From positions 1,552-65,551 of the forward strand of contig JBCAZE010000003.1 in NCBI GenBank assembly GCA_039700805.1: a stretch of DNA of 64,000 nucleotides. Reading direction: 5' to 3'. Positions 1 through 9,761 of this stretch are shown in pieces (the stretch's first letter is position 1; every line of letters starts with the position of its first letter). The translations under genes and the position numbers were made by a program. Under the pieces are notes generated by a model that was not told where the DNA came from, ran no database searches, and was given only the letters and a program-made list of their open reading frames with translations. The stretch is from Pseudomonadota bacterium. Its GTDB lineage: Bacteria; Pseudomonadota; Gammaproteobacteria; Steroidobacterales; Woeseiaceae.

Positions 1-682
1 GAAGAGCGATTCAGCAGTCTTGAAAGACTCGATGACCAAATCGTTTTTTGCCGGTCTGCTCGCACGACATCTGTGTGTGAAAGAGAAACTAAAGAACGCC
101 GAAGAGGCATTTATCGCTGGGATGTGTCACCACTTGGGACAAAACCTCACGATTTACTACTTTCCGGACGAACACGATGATATTGAGTCACTGCGTAAAG
201 AGCGCGGTCTCGACAGCATTACCGCTTGTCAGGAAGTGCTCGGCGTCACCTATGCGGACCTTGGGGCCAACGTGGCCGCGATTTGGTCGTTGCCGGAAAT
301 CATCGTTGATACGATCCGCGGCCTGCCAACGGAAGGTCCGATCGCGGCGCCAACCGACGAAGCCGAGACGATCCGCAATCTTTCCGTACTATGCAATGAG
401 CTCTGCGATGCGTTCATCGAGCGTGAACTTGATGACATTACCGAGACATTGAGCGCACTAACGGCCCGTTACGCGTTATCCACAAAGATCAGTGATGAGT
501 ATCTCTACAAACTGTTCGCCGCTGGCTATGAGAAGCTCAGCCAGTTTGCGCCCGTTTTTGAGATCAACGTCGGATCGAGCGAATTTTGCTCCGCTGTCTC
601 AGCATGGACAACACAGCGCGGCAAAGAACTTGCAGCACTCGCTGAAGCGAATGCGGAAAGTGCCGCGACCGCGACGGGTTGA
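1..682 (+). CDS. HDOD-domain signalling protein, C-terminal part (gene runs off the left edge)
   Basis: The frame is open from nt 2. HDOD-like core: AFIAGMCHHLGQNL ... LGVTYADLGANVAAIWSLPEII. Stop at 680-682. Confidence 0.6.
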   Translation, partial: KSDSAVLKDSMTKSFFAGLLARHLCVKEKLKNAEEAFIAGMCHHLGQNLTIYYFPDEHDDIESLRKERGLDSITACQEVLGVTYADLGANVAAIWSLPEIIVDTIRGLPTEGPIAAPTDEAETIRNLSVLCNELCDAFIERELDDITETLSALTARYALSTKISDEYLYKLFAAGYEKLSQFAPVFEINVGSSEFCSAVSAWTTQRGKELAALAEANAESAATATG

Positions 683-794
683 TGCGAAGCAATAGCCCGA
701 ATTACCTGTCCGTGGCCGCTTGCTGAACCTTTAGGCGCGTTCGACCCGAAAATCCTTTATCTTACGGTTGCTAGGTTCCTTGGGGAGAGCAACC

Positions 795-2369
795 ATGACA
801 GATGCGGCGATTCCGCAGAAGGGCATCCTTGCCTGGATTGAACGAACAGGCAATCGACTGCCAGACCCTGTTTTCATTTTTTTCTGGCTGATCGCTTTTC
901 TGGTCATCGTCAGTATCGTCGCCGCCATGATGGGCGTTTCGGCACCGCATCCAACCAAGCTAGATGCGGACGGTGGGGCGCTCATCATCAGTGCCCAAAG
1001 TCTGCTGAGCGCAGACAATATTCAGCGCCTGTGGGTCGACATGCCGAAGACGTTCACGCATTTCCACCCGATGGGTTATGTCCTCGTTGTGATGCTAGGC
1101 GCGGGGGTTGCTGAGCGTTCGGGTCTTTTTGGCACCGCCATGCGCGGCGCAGTCAGGAATGCACCGAAATACTTGCTGACACCGATGGTTGCGTTGGTCG
1201 CGATGCTTGGCAATCTGGCTGCGGATGCAGCCTACGTGGTCCTGATCCCGCTGGCAGGGGTGTTGTACGCAGCAGCGGGACGCCACCCAGTCGCGGGCAT
1301 CGCGGCTGCGTTCGCCGGCGTCTCCGGCGGTTTCTCAGCAAATCTATTCCCCGGTCAGCTTGACGCCCTGCTATTCGGCATTACGCAAGAAGCGGCCGAG
1401 ACCCTCGTGCCGGGCTGGGAAGCGAATATCGCGGGCAACTGGTATTTCATCGCAGCAATGACGCTGGTGTTCTTACCGGTCATCTGGTTTGTGACCGACA
1501 AGATCATTGAGCCGAGGCTCGGTGACTTCAAAGGCGAGGGCGACCTTACGACGATCACAACAGACGATGACAAACCGCTCGAGCCGGGCGAACGCAAGGG
1601 CCTAGTCCATGCTGCATTCGCAGCACTCGGCGTGATCGCTTTGTGGACCTTCTTCACGATTGGCCCAGGTACACCGTTGATCAACGAAGCTGCGCAGCCC
1701 GATGCGCGCTTAAGTCCGTTTTACAAGTCACTTGTTGCAGGTTTTCTGGTCTTGTTCACTGCCTGCGGATGGGCCTACGGCGCGGCTGCGGGCACTGTCA
1801 AAGATCACCGCGACATTGTCAAAATGATGAGCGACGCGATGGGCGATCTCGCTTATTACATGGTACTCGCATTCGCTGCAGCGCATTTTGTCGCGATGTT
1901 CGCATGGTCAGAACTCGGCTTAATCTTCGCCATCAAAGGCGCCGATGCCCTGAATGGCGCCAACCTCCCGATGCCGGTATTGCTCGGTCTATTGGTGTTA
2001 TTTACGGGTGTCATCAATTTGTTTGTCGGCTCGGCTAGCGCGAAATGGGCGTTGCTCGCGCCCGTGATGGTGCCCATGTTGATGTTGCTGAATATCAGCC
2101 CGGAGATGACCACCGCGGCGTATCGTGTTGGCGACGGCGCCAGCAACATCATCACGCCACTGATGGTTTATTTCCCATTGATCCTGACCTTCTGCCAGCG
2201 CTGGCAGAAATCATTCGGGCTGGGCAGCCTGTCCGCGACAATGATTCCTTATTCCATTGGTCTCATGGTCTCTGGGTTGATCATAACGATGGCCTGGATC
2301 GCGCTCGGTTTGCCGCTCGGACCAGGTGCCTCCGTCGAATACGCATTGCCAGGATCGATCGGGGGCTGA
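795..2369 (+). CDS. AbgT-family (p-aminobenzoyl-glutamate type) transporter
   Basis: N-terminus MTDAAIPQKGILAWIERTGNRLPDPVFIFFWL is typical of AbgT, with many TM segments. I chose ATG 795, which has GGGGAGAG upstream, over the longer ORF-track start at 768. Confidence 0.85.
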   Translation: MTDAAIPQKGILAWIERTGNRLPDPVFIFFWLIAFLVIVSIVAAMMGVSAPHPTKLDADGGALIISAQSLLSADNIQRLWVDMPKTFTHFHPMGYVLVVMLGAGVAERSGLFGTAMRGAVRNAPKYLLTPMVALVAMLGNLAADAAYVVLIPLAGVLYAAAGRHPVAGIAAAFAGVSGGFSANLFPGQLDALLFGITQEAAETLVPGWEANIAGNWYFIAAMTLVFLPVIWFVTDKIIEPRLGDFKGEGDLTTITTDDDKPLEPGERKGLVHAAFAALGVIALWTFFTIGPGTPLINEAAQPDARLSPFYKSLVAGFLVLFTACGWAYGAAAGTVKDHRDIVKMMSDAMGDLAYYMVLAFAAAHFVAMFAWSELGLIFAIKGADALNGANLPMPVLLGLLVLFTGVINLFVGSASAKWALLAPVMVPMLMLLNISPEMTTAAYRVGDGASNIITPLMVYFPLILTFCQRWQKSFGLGSLSATMIPYSIGLMVSGLIITMAWIALGLPLGPGASVEYALPGSIGG

Positions 2370-2375
2370 TAACGC

Positions 2376-4139
2376 ATGGATGAGGAACGGCCGAAAGGGC
2401 GGTCATTAAGACCGCTCGCTACGCTATGGCCGTTCATCCGGCCTTATCGCGGCACGTTGATCTTCGCGATGGTGGCGCTGATCGTGGCGGCCGTTGCGAT
2501 GCTATCGCTGCCGGTCGCGTTCCGATTCTTGATCGACCGTGGTTTTGGTGCGGGCGATCTTGCGACGATCAATCGCTACTTTGCCGGCTTCCTGCTTGTT
2601 GCCCTGCTGTTCGGCGCCTTCGCAGCGTTGCGTTTCTATCTTGTGACCTGGCTCGGGGAGCGTGTGGTTGCGGATCTACGTAGCCAGGTCTTCGGCAAAG
2701 TCGTGCATATGGACCCGACCTTTTTTGAAGTCACAAGAACGGGTGAAGTGCTATCGCGATTGACCACCGATACGACGCTAGTACAAAGCATCTCGGGTGT
2801 CAGTTTGTCGATCGCACTGCGTACTTCTATCAGTTTTGTCGGTGCACTGATCTTGTTGTTGGTCACAAGCCCCGCATTGGCAGGCTATATTCTCGCGACG
2901 ATCCCTTTGGTGGTCGTGCCGCTCATCGCCGTCGGACGCCGTATCAGAAAGCTGTCGCGGGTCGCCCAAGATCGCATTGCTGAAACCAGTGGTCTAGCGG
3001 GCGAAACGCTCAATGCCATGCAGACCGTTCAGGCATTCACGATGGAAGCGTTGCAACGCAAACGTTTTGACGATGCGGTTGAGGAGAGTTTTGAAGCCGG
3101 TGTGGCGCGAAGCCGCGTGCGCGCATTGATCTCAGCGCTGGGGGTTATCCTCGTGTTTGGCGCATTGACGTTCGTGCTCTGGCTGGGTGCGCGTGCCGTT
3201 ATCCAAGGCAACATGACCGGCGGCGAGCTGGGTCAGTTTTTGTTGTATGCCGGATTGGTTGGTTCGTCTGCAGCGGGGCTTAGCGAAGTCTGGGGAGAGA
3301 TACAACGGGGGGCCGGGGCGATGGAGCGCTTGGCGGAGTTGCTCGACGCCACCCCTGTCATTCAGGCGCCTGACACGCCGCTCACGCTGACCGAACGGCC
3401 GCAAGGCGACGTTCGATTCGAGTCCGTCGGCTTTAACTACCCGTCGAGGCCCAAAGACCGGGCGATCGACGGCCTGTCGTTCATGGTCGAGCCCGGTCAA
3501 ACCGTTGCATTGGTTGGGCCCTCCGGGGCGGGTAAGAGCACATGCTTGCAATTGCTGTTGAGGTTCTACGACCCGGCAGAGGGCAAAATTTGCATCGACC
3601 AGCACGATATCCGCGCGATGGATCCGGTCACGCTGCGGCAGCAGATTGGGCTCGTTCCTCAAGAGACCGTGCTGTTCGGTACCAGCGCGCTCGAAAACAT
3701 TCGATTCGGGAGGCCAGATGCGACGGAAGCCGAGGTACGCGCCGCAGCCGTTGCAGCGGCGGCGGATGACTTCATCACGCAACTGCCCGAAGGCTATGAC
3801 ACATTTCTTGGCGAACGCGGCACACGACTGTCAGGCGGTCAGCGTCAGCGCATCGCGATTGCTCGCGCCATCCTGAAGGACGCGCCGATACTACTGCTCG
3901 ACGAAGCCACGAGCGCCCTCGACGCAGAGAGTGAGCGCCTGGTCCAAGAAGCGCTCGACCGGCTGATGGAGCAGCGCACAACCATCGTCATCGCACATCG
4001 GCTCGCCACCGTGAAACAAGCGGATGCGCTCATCGTCATCGACAAGGGCCGTATGGTTGCAACCGGCACACACGATGAATTGGTGGAGACGAACCCGCTT
4101 TATGCGCGCCTTGCCAAGCTGCAGTTCACCAGCGTGTAG
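2376..4139 (+). CDS. Fused ABC transporter permease/ATP-binding protein (ABCB/MsbA-like exporter)
   Basis: Six-TM N-terminal half. Walker A GPSGAGKST, signature LSGGQRQRIAIARA, Walker B ILLLDEATSALD. Lies 6 nt after the AbgT gene. Confidence 0.9.
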   Translation: MDEERPKGRSLRPLATLWPFIRPYRGTLIFAMVALIVAAVAMLSLPVAFRFLIDRGFGAGDLATINRYFAGFLLVALLFGAFAALRFYLVTWLGERVVADLRSQVFGKVVHMDPTFFEVTRTGEVLSRLTTDTTLVQSISGVSLSIALRTSISFVGALILLLVTSPALAGYILATIPLVVVPLIAVGRRIRKLSRVAQDRIAETSGLAGETLNAMQTVQAFTMEALQRKRFDDAVEESFEAGVARSRVRALISALGVILVFGALTFVLWLGARAVIQGNMTGGELGQFLLYAGLVGSSAAGLSEVWGEIQRGAGAMERLAELLDATPVIQAPDTPLTLTERPQGDVRFESVGFNYPSRPKDRAIDGLSFMVEPGQTVALVGPSGAGKSTCLQLLLRFYDPAEGKICIDQHDIRAMDPVTLRQQIGLVPQETVLFGTSALENIRFGRPDATEAEVRAAAVAAAADDFITQLPEGYDTFLGERGTRLSGGQRQRIAIARAILKDAPILLLDEATSALDAESERLVQEALDRLMEQRTTIVIAHRLATVKQADALIVIDKGRMVATGTHDELVETNPLYARLAKLQFTSV

Positions 4140-4334
4140 TCCCCACCGTGTGGCACTGATCTCTGCAATGGTTGCGCAGATGCATGTCAGCAATGCCGAT
4201 CGCGACTTCAGCATTGCGCGTATTTTTCATTCACGCGCTGCTTATTCAAACACTTGAGTACCGTCCGCAATCAACACGCACAATCGGGCTTGCCAGTCTG
4301 ACTACTGTCGAGTATTTTGCTCGGGACTTCATCA

Positions 4335-4515
4335 GGTGAACACTGTCTGGCGACGATAGTGTTAAACGGGAAGACGGTGCGCACTAGCAATCCCGTCACT
4401 GCCCCCGCAACGGTAAATGAGTCAGGGGATCTTCTTATGCCACTGCGCTAACTGCGTGGGAAGGCGATCTACCGAGACGCAGCGCGTCACTCATGAGTCC
4501 GGATACCGGCCTGTT
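4335..4515 (+). promoter_or_regulatory. Cobalamin (B12) riboswitch in the btuB-like leader
   Basis: Conserved elements seen: AAACGGGAAGACGGTG (4364-4379), CCCCCGCAACGGTAAA, GCCACTG (4439-4445) and the B12-box-like GAGTCCGGATACCGGCC (4495-4511). About 125 nt upstream of the receptor ATG. Confidence 0.8.
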
Positions 4516-4636
4516 GATTAATCCACGGTGTCATTGCGGCGGGCGATGATAGGGATTCGCGACGTGTCGCGCTCCTTCGACTCATCCGCAGCTAACGCCA
4601 AAAGCGCAGGCTCGGGGACGTCTGCGGGAGATCATC

Positions 4637-6556
4637 ATGTTCAAACTCACTCTTCCATTCACTGCGACAATCGTTGGTGTGCTCATTGCCGGCCACGCAC
4701 TGGCCGATGACGGACGTCCATTCGATGAAATCGTCGTTAGCGCAGCCCGCGTGCCACTCGCCGTCAGCGACATCGGTAACGCAGTCACGATCATCGACAG
4801 CGGCGATATCGCGCGACGACAGGCGCAGAATGTCGCTGATCTGTTAAGAAGCGTTCCTGGGTTCTCGGTGAGCCGCACTGGCGTCACAGGGTCACAAACG
4901 CAAGTGCGTGTCCGAGGCTCGGAAGCCAATCAGGTTTTGGTGCTGATCGACGGCAACCGGGTCAATGATCCGGGCACCGCTGACGAATTCCGCTGGGAGT
5001 ACTTGAGCACGACTCAAATCGAACGGGTAGAGATTGTCCGGGGCGCTCAAAGTACGTTGTGGGGCACCGACGCGATCGGTGGCGTGGTCAACATCATTAC
5101 GCGCAGTCAGTCGCGAGACCAACAAGTCGGCGGTTACGCGGAAGCGGGAAGCCTCGGCACGACCAATGCGGGCGTCGATCTGCGCGCTGGTAGCGGTGAC
5201 TGGTCGCTGTCCGCGGGCGTCGACCGTCAGGATACGGATGGCGACAACATTTCCAGATTGGGTGATGAGGACGATGGCGCAACACTGACCACTGCGTCCG
5301 TCAGCGCCGACTACGACGCGGGACGAGGGTTCACCATTGAATCCGGGCTGCGTTACACCGATGCGGAATCCGCCTTCGATGGCGTCGACTTCAGCACAGG
5401 ATTGCCGGCCGACAGCGATAGCATCGGCGAGACCGAGACGCTCACGGCACACCTGCGCGGCACGTGGCAAGCTGCGAATAGCGACATCACGCACCGTGGG
5501 ACGCTGCGTTGGTTTGACGGCAGCAATGACACGGTGGTCGACGGCACGAGCTCCGGCTCAACGGCATCGGATCGTCTGACGCTCGGCTATCAGTTCGACG
5601 TCGTGCTCGGTGATGGGGGCTTGACGCTCGCCGCGGAACACGAATCAACAGATTTTTCGCAACGCGGCCCGAACGTATTTGGCGATCCGAATCAGGACCA
5701 ATCGATGGACGTTTCAAGCTTCATTGCGGAATACCGTGGCAGCGTCAGCGACAGATTGTCTTGGATTGTTAGCGGACGGTTCGACAGCAACAGCGATTTC
5801 GACGATGCGTTCAATGGGCGCATCTCGGGTAGTTACGCAGCGTCGGACAACATGCGCTTGCGAGCCAGCGTCGGCACCGGGCAGAAGAACCCAACATTTA
5901 CCGAACGATTCGGGTTTTTCCCGGGCTCGTTTATTGGAAACCCGGATCTCAAACCAGAGCGCTCGTTGTCTATCGATGTTGGTATCGATGGCTTCGCGCT
6001 CAATGAAGCGCTGGAATGGCAGGTCACCATTTTCAGTCAAGACTTAGAAGACGAGATCAACGGTTTTGTATTCACCGAAAACTTCGAGGTGACTGCGGAG
6101 AACCAACAAGGTGAGAGCAAACGCCGTGGTGCGGAACTCGGCGCCCAATGGCGTCTCAACGACCGATTTGGCGTCGACGCTACCTACACCTATGTTGACG
6201 CGACAGAGCCAGACGGAGCAGGCAACGACATCGATGAATTGCGGCGTCCGCGTCATACAGCCGCGGTCGGCGTTGATCTCGACGCGATGCAAGGTCGCTG
6301 GACGAATCGTCTAACAGCGGAATATGGTGGAACACGAAATGACCGGTTTTTCCCGCCATTTCCACAGCCATCGCAGATTGTGACGATCGGCAATTTTTGG
6401 TTACTAGAACTCAGTAGCCGATTCGCTGTGAATGACAACTTAACAGTCTACGTTCGTGGCACGAACCTACTGGATGAGGACTACGAAGAGGTGTTCGGCT
6501 ACCAAACGCTTGGTCGAGCAGCATTCATCGGCGCTCGATTCAACTTCGCACTGTAA
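4637..6556 (+). CDS. btuB: TonB-dependent vitamin B12 (cobalamin) receptor
   Basis: Signal peptide. Plug-domain motifs DEIVVSAARVP and VRVRGSEANQVLVLIDGNRVND. C-terminal beta-barrel ending ARFNFAL. Preceded by the B12 riboswitch. Confidence 0.8.
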   Translation: MFKLTLPFTATIVGVLIAGHALADDGRPFDEIVVSAARVPLAVSDIGNAVTIIDSGDIARRQAQNVADLLRSVPGFSVSRTGVTGSQTQVRVRGSEANQVLVLIDGNRVNDPGTADEFRWEYLSTTQIERVEIVRGAQSTLWGTDAIGGVVNIITRSQSRDQQVGGYAEAGSLGTTNAGVDLRAGSGDWSLSAGVDRQDTDGDNISRLGDEDDGATLTTASVSADYDAGRGFTIESGLRYTDAESAFDGVDFSTGLPADSDSIGETETLTAHLRGTWQAANSDITHRGTLRWFDGSNDTVVDGTSSGSTASDRLTLGYQFDVVLGDGGLTLAAEHESTDFSQRGPNVFGDPNQDQSMDVSSFIAEYRGSVSDRLSWIVSGRFDSNSDFDDAFNGRISGSYAASDNMRLRASVGTGQKNPTFTERFGFFPGSFIGNPDLKPERSLSIDVGIDGFALNEALEWQVTIFSQDLEDEINGFVFTENFEVTAENQQGESKRRGAELGAQWRLNDRFGVDATYTYVDATEPDGAGNDIDELRRPRHTAAVGVDLDAMQGRWTNRLTAEYGGTRNDRFFPPFPQPSQIVTIGNFWLLELSSRFAVNDNLTVYVRGTNLLDEDYEEVFGYQTLGRAAFIGARFNFAL

Positions 6557-6570
6557 CGACAACATCACTG

Positions 6571-6600
6571 GCAGTCGCAATCGTCTTCGGTTGCGACTGC
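6571..6600. terminator. Perfect 10-bp stem hairpin between convergent genes
   Basis: GCAGTCGCAA-tcgtcttcgg-TTGCGACTGC, immediately after the btuB stop and abutting the stop of the minus-strand gene. No clear U-tract. Confidence 0.4.
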
Positions 6601-7238
6601 TAGTCATTGCCCGGTTGCGCTAAGCGGCGCACGGGTAGTGAAAGATTGAAGACAATACCCGCAGCTCGCAGAGAGAACGCAACAACACCACCAGCGAGCA
6701 TTGCCCATCCTTGCGGCAAGGAAAAGAGACCATGGGCAATACAGAAGATCGACGCGCCGGCGACCGCAGCACTTGCGTATATTTCCCTGACCAACACGAG
6801 CGGAATCTCGTTGCTGACAATATCCCGCAGCATACCGCCCACCACCGCAGTCATCGCACCCATCGTGACAGCGACTACGGGGCTACCCGTAACCGCGAAC
6901 GCCTTGGAGGCGCCCATCACGCAAAACAATGACATGCCCAGCGCATCGGCCCACGTCAGTACCGTCAGTCGTTTACCCACAACGACCGGGACTGCAAACG
7001 CTGTCAGGCCAGCGGTAATTGCCACAATAATGTAACGCGGGTTCTCGACCCAAAATACGGGCACGCCAAGAATCAGATCGCGAAAGGTACCGCCGCCGAC
7101 CGCAGGCAATAACGCCAATACGATATAGCCGAACATGTCCATGCGTTGACGTGCAGCCGCCAAGCCGCCGCTATAAGCAAACACACTAATTCCGAGTAAA
7201 TCGGCCAACTCCAAGAGTGTCACCGGCGACCCCTTCAA
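6600..7238 (-). CDS. Trimeric intracellular cation channel family protein (UPF0126/YadS-like)
   Basis: About seven TM segments. Duplicated UPF0126 motif, e.g. AVGGGTFRDLILG and VVGGMLRDIV. Confidence 0.8.
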   Translation of the reverse strand: MKGSPVTLLELADLLGISVFAYSGGLAAARQRMDMFGYIVLALLPAVGGGTFRDLILGVPVFWVENPRYIIVAITAGLTAFAVPVVVGKRLTVLTWADALGMSLFCVMGASKAFAVTGSPVVAVTMGAMTAVVGGMLRDIVSNEIPLVLVREIYASAAVAGASIFCIAHGLFSLPQGWAMLAGGVVAFSLRAAGIVFNLSLPVRRLAQPGND

Positions 7239-7350
7239 TCATTGTCGTCGAATACGCGTATAACAATTGTTAACACAAGACGCTAGGCAACCCCTGCGTT
7301 TTTGTATTATGTTGGATCGTGGGAATGGAGTCACGTGTCGGGGAGGGCGC

Positions 7351-8427
7351 ATGGCGAACACACACACCCTGCAAATAGAGCGTAATGTGCGCTATTGGAA
7401 ACGTCGCGACGAACCTGTTGGCTGGCTGCCGTGGGGTCTCTTGTGGTTACTTGGTTTGCTCGTGGTGTTCCTGGTCGGTGCATTGTTGATTGCACCGGAG
7501 ATGCAACGACACACGCAAACCAGCGTCGCAACCATGCTGAAAGACTATGACGCGGTCACGGTCGATGCCGATGGCCAACATGTCATGGTGAGCGCAGAAG
7601 CACCGCAAGACGCCGAGACGATGATTCACGCGTTGGCCGCCAACGCACAATGCGACACCTGGCTCGGTCTGCGACGTTGTCCCGTCAATGTAAAGACATC
7701 TCTGACAGCACCAGTAATGACACCGCGCCTGCATGACTTTCTACTCACACGCGACGATCAAACTTGGAACGTGTCTGGCGAGGTCGGTGATGACGAGGCG
7801 CGAGCGCGCTTTTCTACGCTGGCCAACAATGACGTCAGCGCGCTGTCCATTTCGGGTGAGACGGCGACAAGCTCAGATGCGGAGGCGATAGGACGTGCAA
7901 CGGCAATCGCCGCGCTACTGCAGTCCGGTGAAGTTCAGTGGCTGGATGGCGTATTCAGCGTCCGCGGAACAGCCGATCGCGCATCGGCGGATAGGATCAC
8001 CGCCCTATTCAACCGCACTGAAAATGCGATTGGACTCGGCGACCTCAATCTCAAAATTCCTGAAGTCGTGTCCGCCTGCAACGCACAACTCGCTGAGACG
8101 TTAGACGGCACACAGATCCGCTTTGCTACCGGCAGTGCGGCAATCAGCCCTGATAGCGAAGCGCTATTGCGTCGACTGGCGACGATACTCAGCGATTGCC
8201 CAGGCAGTGTGACGGTCGATGGTCATACAGACAGCGTGGGCGCGGAAGACGCGAACCTGACACTCAGTCATTCGAGGGCCGCGTCTGTCGCGACGGCACT
8301 CGCATCGCTCGGTATTGAAAAAGCGCGTATCACATCGCGCGGCTATGGCGAGTCATCACCGATTGCTGATAACAACACGGCAGCGGGTCGCGCCCGCAAC
8401 CGCCGCATCGTCATCACCATCGATTAA
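7351..8427 (+). CDS. OmpA/MotB-like peptidoglycan-binding protein with N-terminal TM anchor
   Basis: C-terminal OmpA_C motif: VDGHTDSVGAEDANLTLSHSRAASV...GYGESSPIADNNTAAGRARNRRIVI. I chose ATG 7351, which has GGGGAGGG upstream. Confidence 0.8.
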   Translation: MANTHTLQIERNVRYWKRRDEPVGWLPWGLLWLLGLLVVFLVGALLIAPEMQRHTQTSVATMLKDYDAVTVDADGQHVMVSAEAPQDAETMIHALAANAQCDTWLGLRRCPVNVKTSLTAPVMTPRLHDFLLTRDDQTWNVSGEVGDDEARARFSTLANNDVSALSISGETATSSDAEAIGRATAIAALLQSGEVQWLDGVFSVRGTADRASADRITALFNRTENAIGLGDLNLKIPEVVSACNAQLAETLDGTQIRFATGSAAISPDSEALLRRLATILSDCPGSVTVDGHTDSVGAEDANLTLSHSRAASVATALASLGIEKARITSRGYGESSPIADNNTAAGRARNRRIVITID

Positions 8428-8442
8428 CGCGGGGAGAAAGAC

Positions 8443-9750
8443 ATGGAATATTTACTAGCAAAGTTTGCAATCATTTTTCTATTGGCAGCCCTGCTTGGAT
8501 TTGCCCTCGGCTACTGGTGGTCACGCCGTCGACTCATTGATGTGACCGAGAGTTACAGCGCTTTGGTTCAGCAGCGCAGTGACGATGAGGCACGTTGGAA
8601 CACACTCAACGAACGTGTCAGCGGCATTGGCGATGACTTAGCACCGCGCTTCCAGAGCGCTATCGCCGGGATTCCGGCACCGGATTTTCCGACGACAGAT
8701 TTAAGCGGTCTAGAACGCTCACTCAGCAAGCTGCAAGCCGACTTCGATGCTTTTGAAATCCCGAAACCAGCGCCGACGGATTTGTCGGGGTTAACTGCCG
8801 ATGTCGCAACGCTCGCGGGTAAAGTATCCAGCATTCGGATGCCATCGTTAGATTTATCAGACGTTGTCAGTCGCATTGATTCGCTGGCGGCACGTATCGA
8901 TGCCATCAAGATTCCCGAGCCCGCGCCGACCGATCTATCTGGGATCGAACGTCAATTGGTCGCTGTGTCTGGCGCTGTCGACCAGATCGAAATCCCTGCT
9001 TCACCGGATCTCTCGGGCATCCATAGCGAGCTTGCAAATCTCAAGCGCGCGATCGACGGCATAGACATCCCGTCACCGGACTTGGGGTCCATCGAGCGCG
9101 AAGTGCACGGATTATCGCAATGGGCGACGTCATCTAATTTCGCTTCCAACACCGATCTCGCACCGTTGGCGGCAGGTATCGATGCATTGTCGGAAAAGAT
9201 CCGTCAGCTGCCGGAGCCGGCAACAACAGACCTCGGCCCAGTGAACGCAAGATTGAGCGCGCTTGAACAAGCCATCGCCAACTTACCGGTTGTTGAGACG
9301 CATGAGGCCGCCGATCTCACACCAATCCAGTTGCGCCTTGAGGCGGTCGAACGCGCGTTGAAGCAAGTGCCTGTCGTGAAGACACAAGCCGCGCCAGATC
9401 TTTCGGGTATCGACAGTCAGCTAGCGGCACTCAAGATCGCTATCGCAAAGATCGCGACTCGACCAGCGCCTAAGCCTGCGAAAAAAGCAGGGCCTATATT
9501 GCTGAAATCCGCAGCGCATGGACCAAAAGACGACCTCAAACGTATTTCAGGGGTCGGGCCGAAACTCGAGAGGCTGTTGAACCGCAACGGCGTCTATTAC
9601 TTCTGGCAAGTCGCAGATTGGACGGCCAGGGACATTCGATTAGTCGATGAAAAATTGGATGTCTTTAAGGGTCGTATCAGTCGGGATTCCTGGGTCAAAC
9701 AAGCGCGTTCGCTCAAACGCACGGCGGGCGCCGCAACGAAACCCAACTAG
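8443..9750 (+). CDS. TM-anchored repeat protein with C-terminal helix-hairpin-helix-like domain
   Basis: N-terminal TM segment (FAIIFLLAALLGFALGYWW). Ten degenerate repeats of about 25 aa. C-terminal LKRISGVGPKLERLLNRNGVYYFWQVADW...GRISRDSWVKQA. Lies 15 nt after the OmpA-like gene. Confidence 0.75.
   Translation: MEYLLAKFAIIFLLAALLGFALGYWWSRRRLIDVTESYSALVQQRSDDEARWNTLNERVSGIGDDLAPRFQSAIAGIPAPDFPTTDLSGLERSLSKLQADFDAFEIPKPAPTDLSGLTADVATLAGKVSSIRMPSLDLSDVVSRIDSLAARIDAIKIPEPAPTDLSGIERQLVAVSGAVDQIEIPASPDLSGIHSELANLKRAIDGIDIPSPDLGSIEREVHGLSQWATSSNFASNTDLAPLAAGIDALSEKIRQLPEPATTDLGPVNARLSALEQAIANLPVVETHEAADLTPIQLRLEAVERALKQVPVVKTQAAPDLSGIDSQLAALKIAIAKIATRPAPKPAKKAGPILLKSAAHGPKDDLKRISGVGPKLERLLNRNGVYYFWQVADWTARDIRLVDEKLDVFKGRISRDSWVKQARSLKRTAGAATKPN
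8668..9462 (+). repeat. Protein-level tandem repeats (10 units, 24-28 aa period) around a P-x-P-x-DLSG[IL] core
   Basis: DL[SGTA] cores at aa 86, 113, 137, 164, 189, 213, 238, 263, 291 and 319 of the 435-aa product. Confidence 0.7.
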
Positions 9751-9761
9751 CTGAGGGAAGG

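Noticed and set aside
3132-3782. 216-aa minus-strand ORF inside the ABC transporter gene
   Set aside because: It is antisense to a gene with intact Walker A, Walker B and signature motifs, so it is a shadow ORF.
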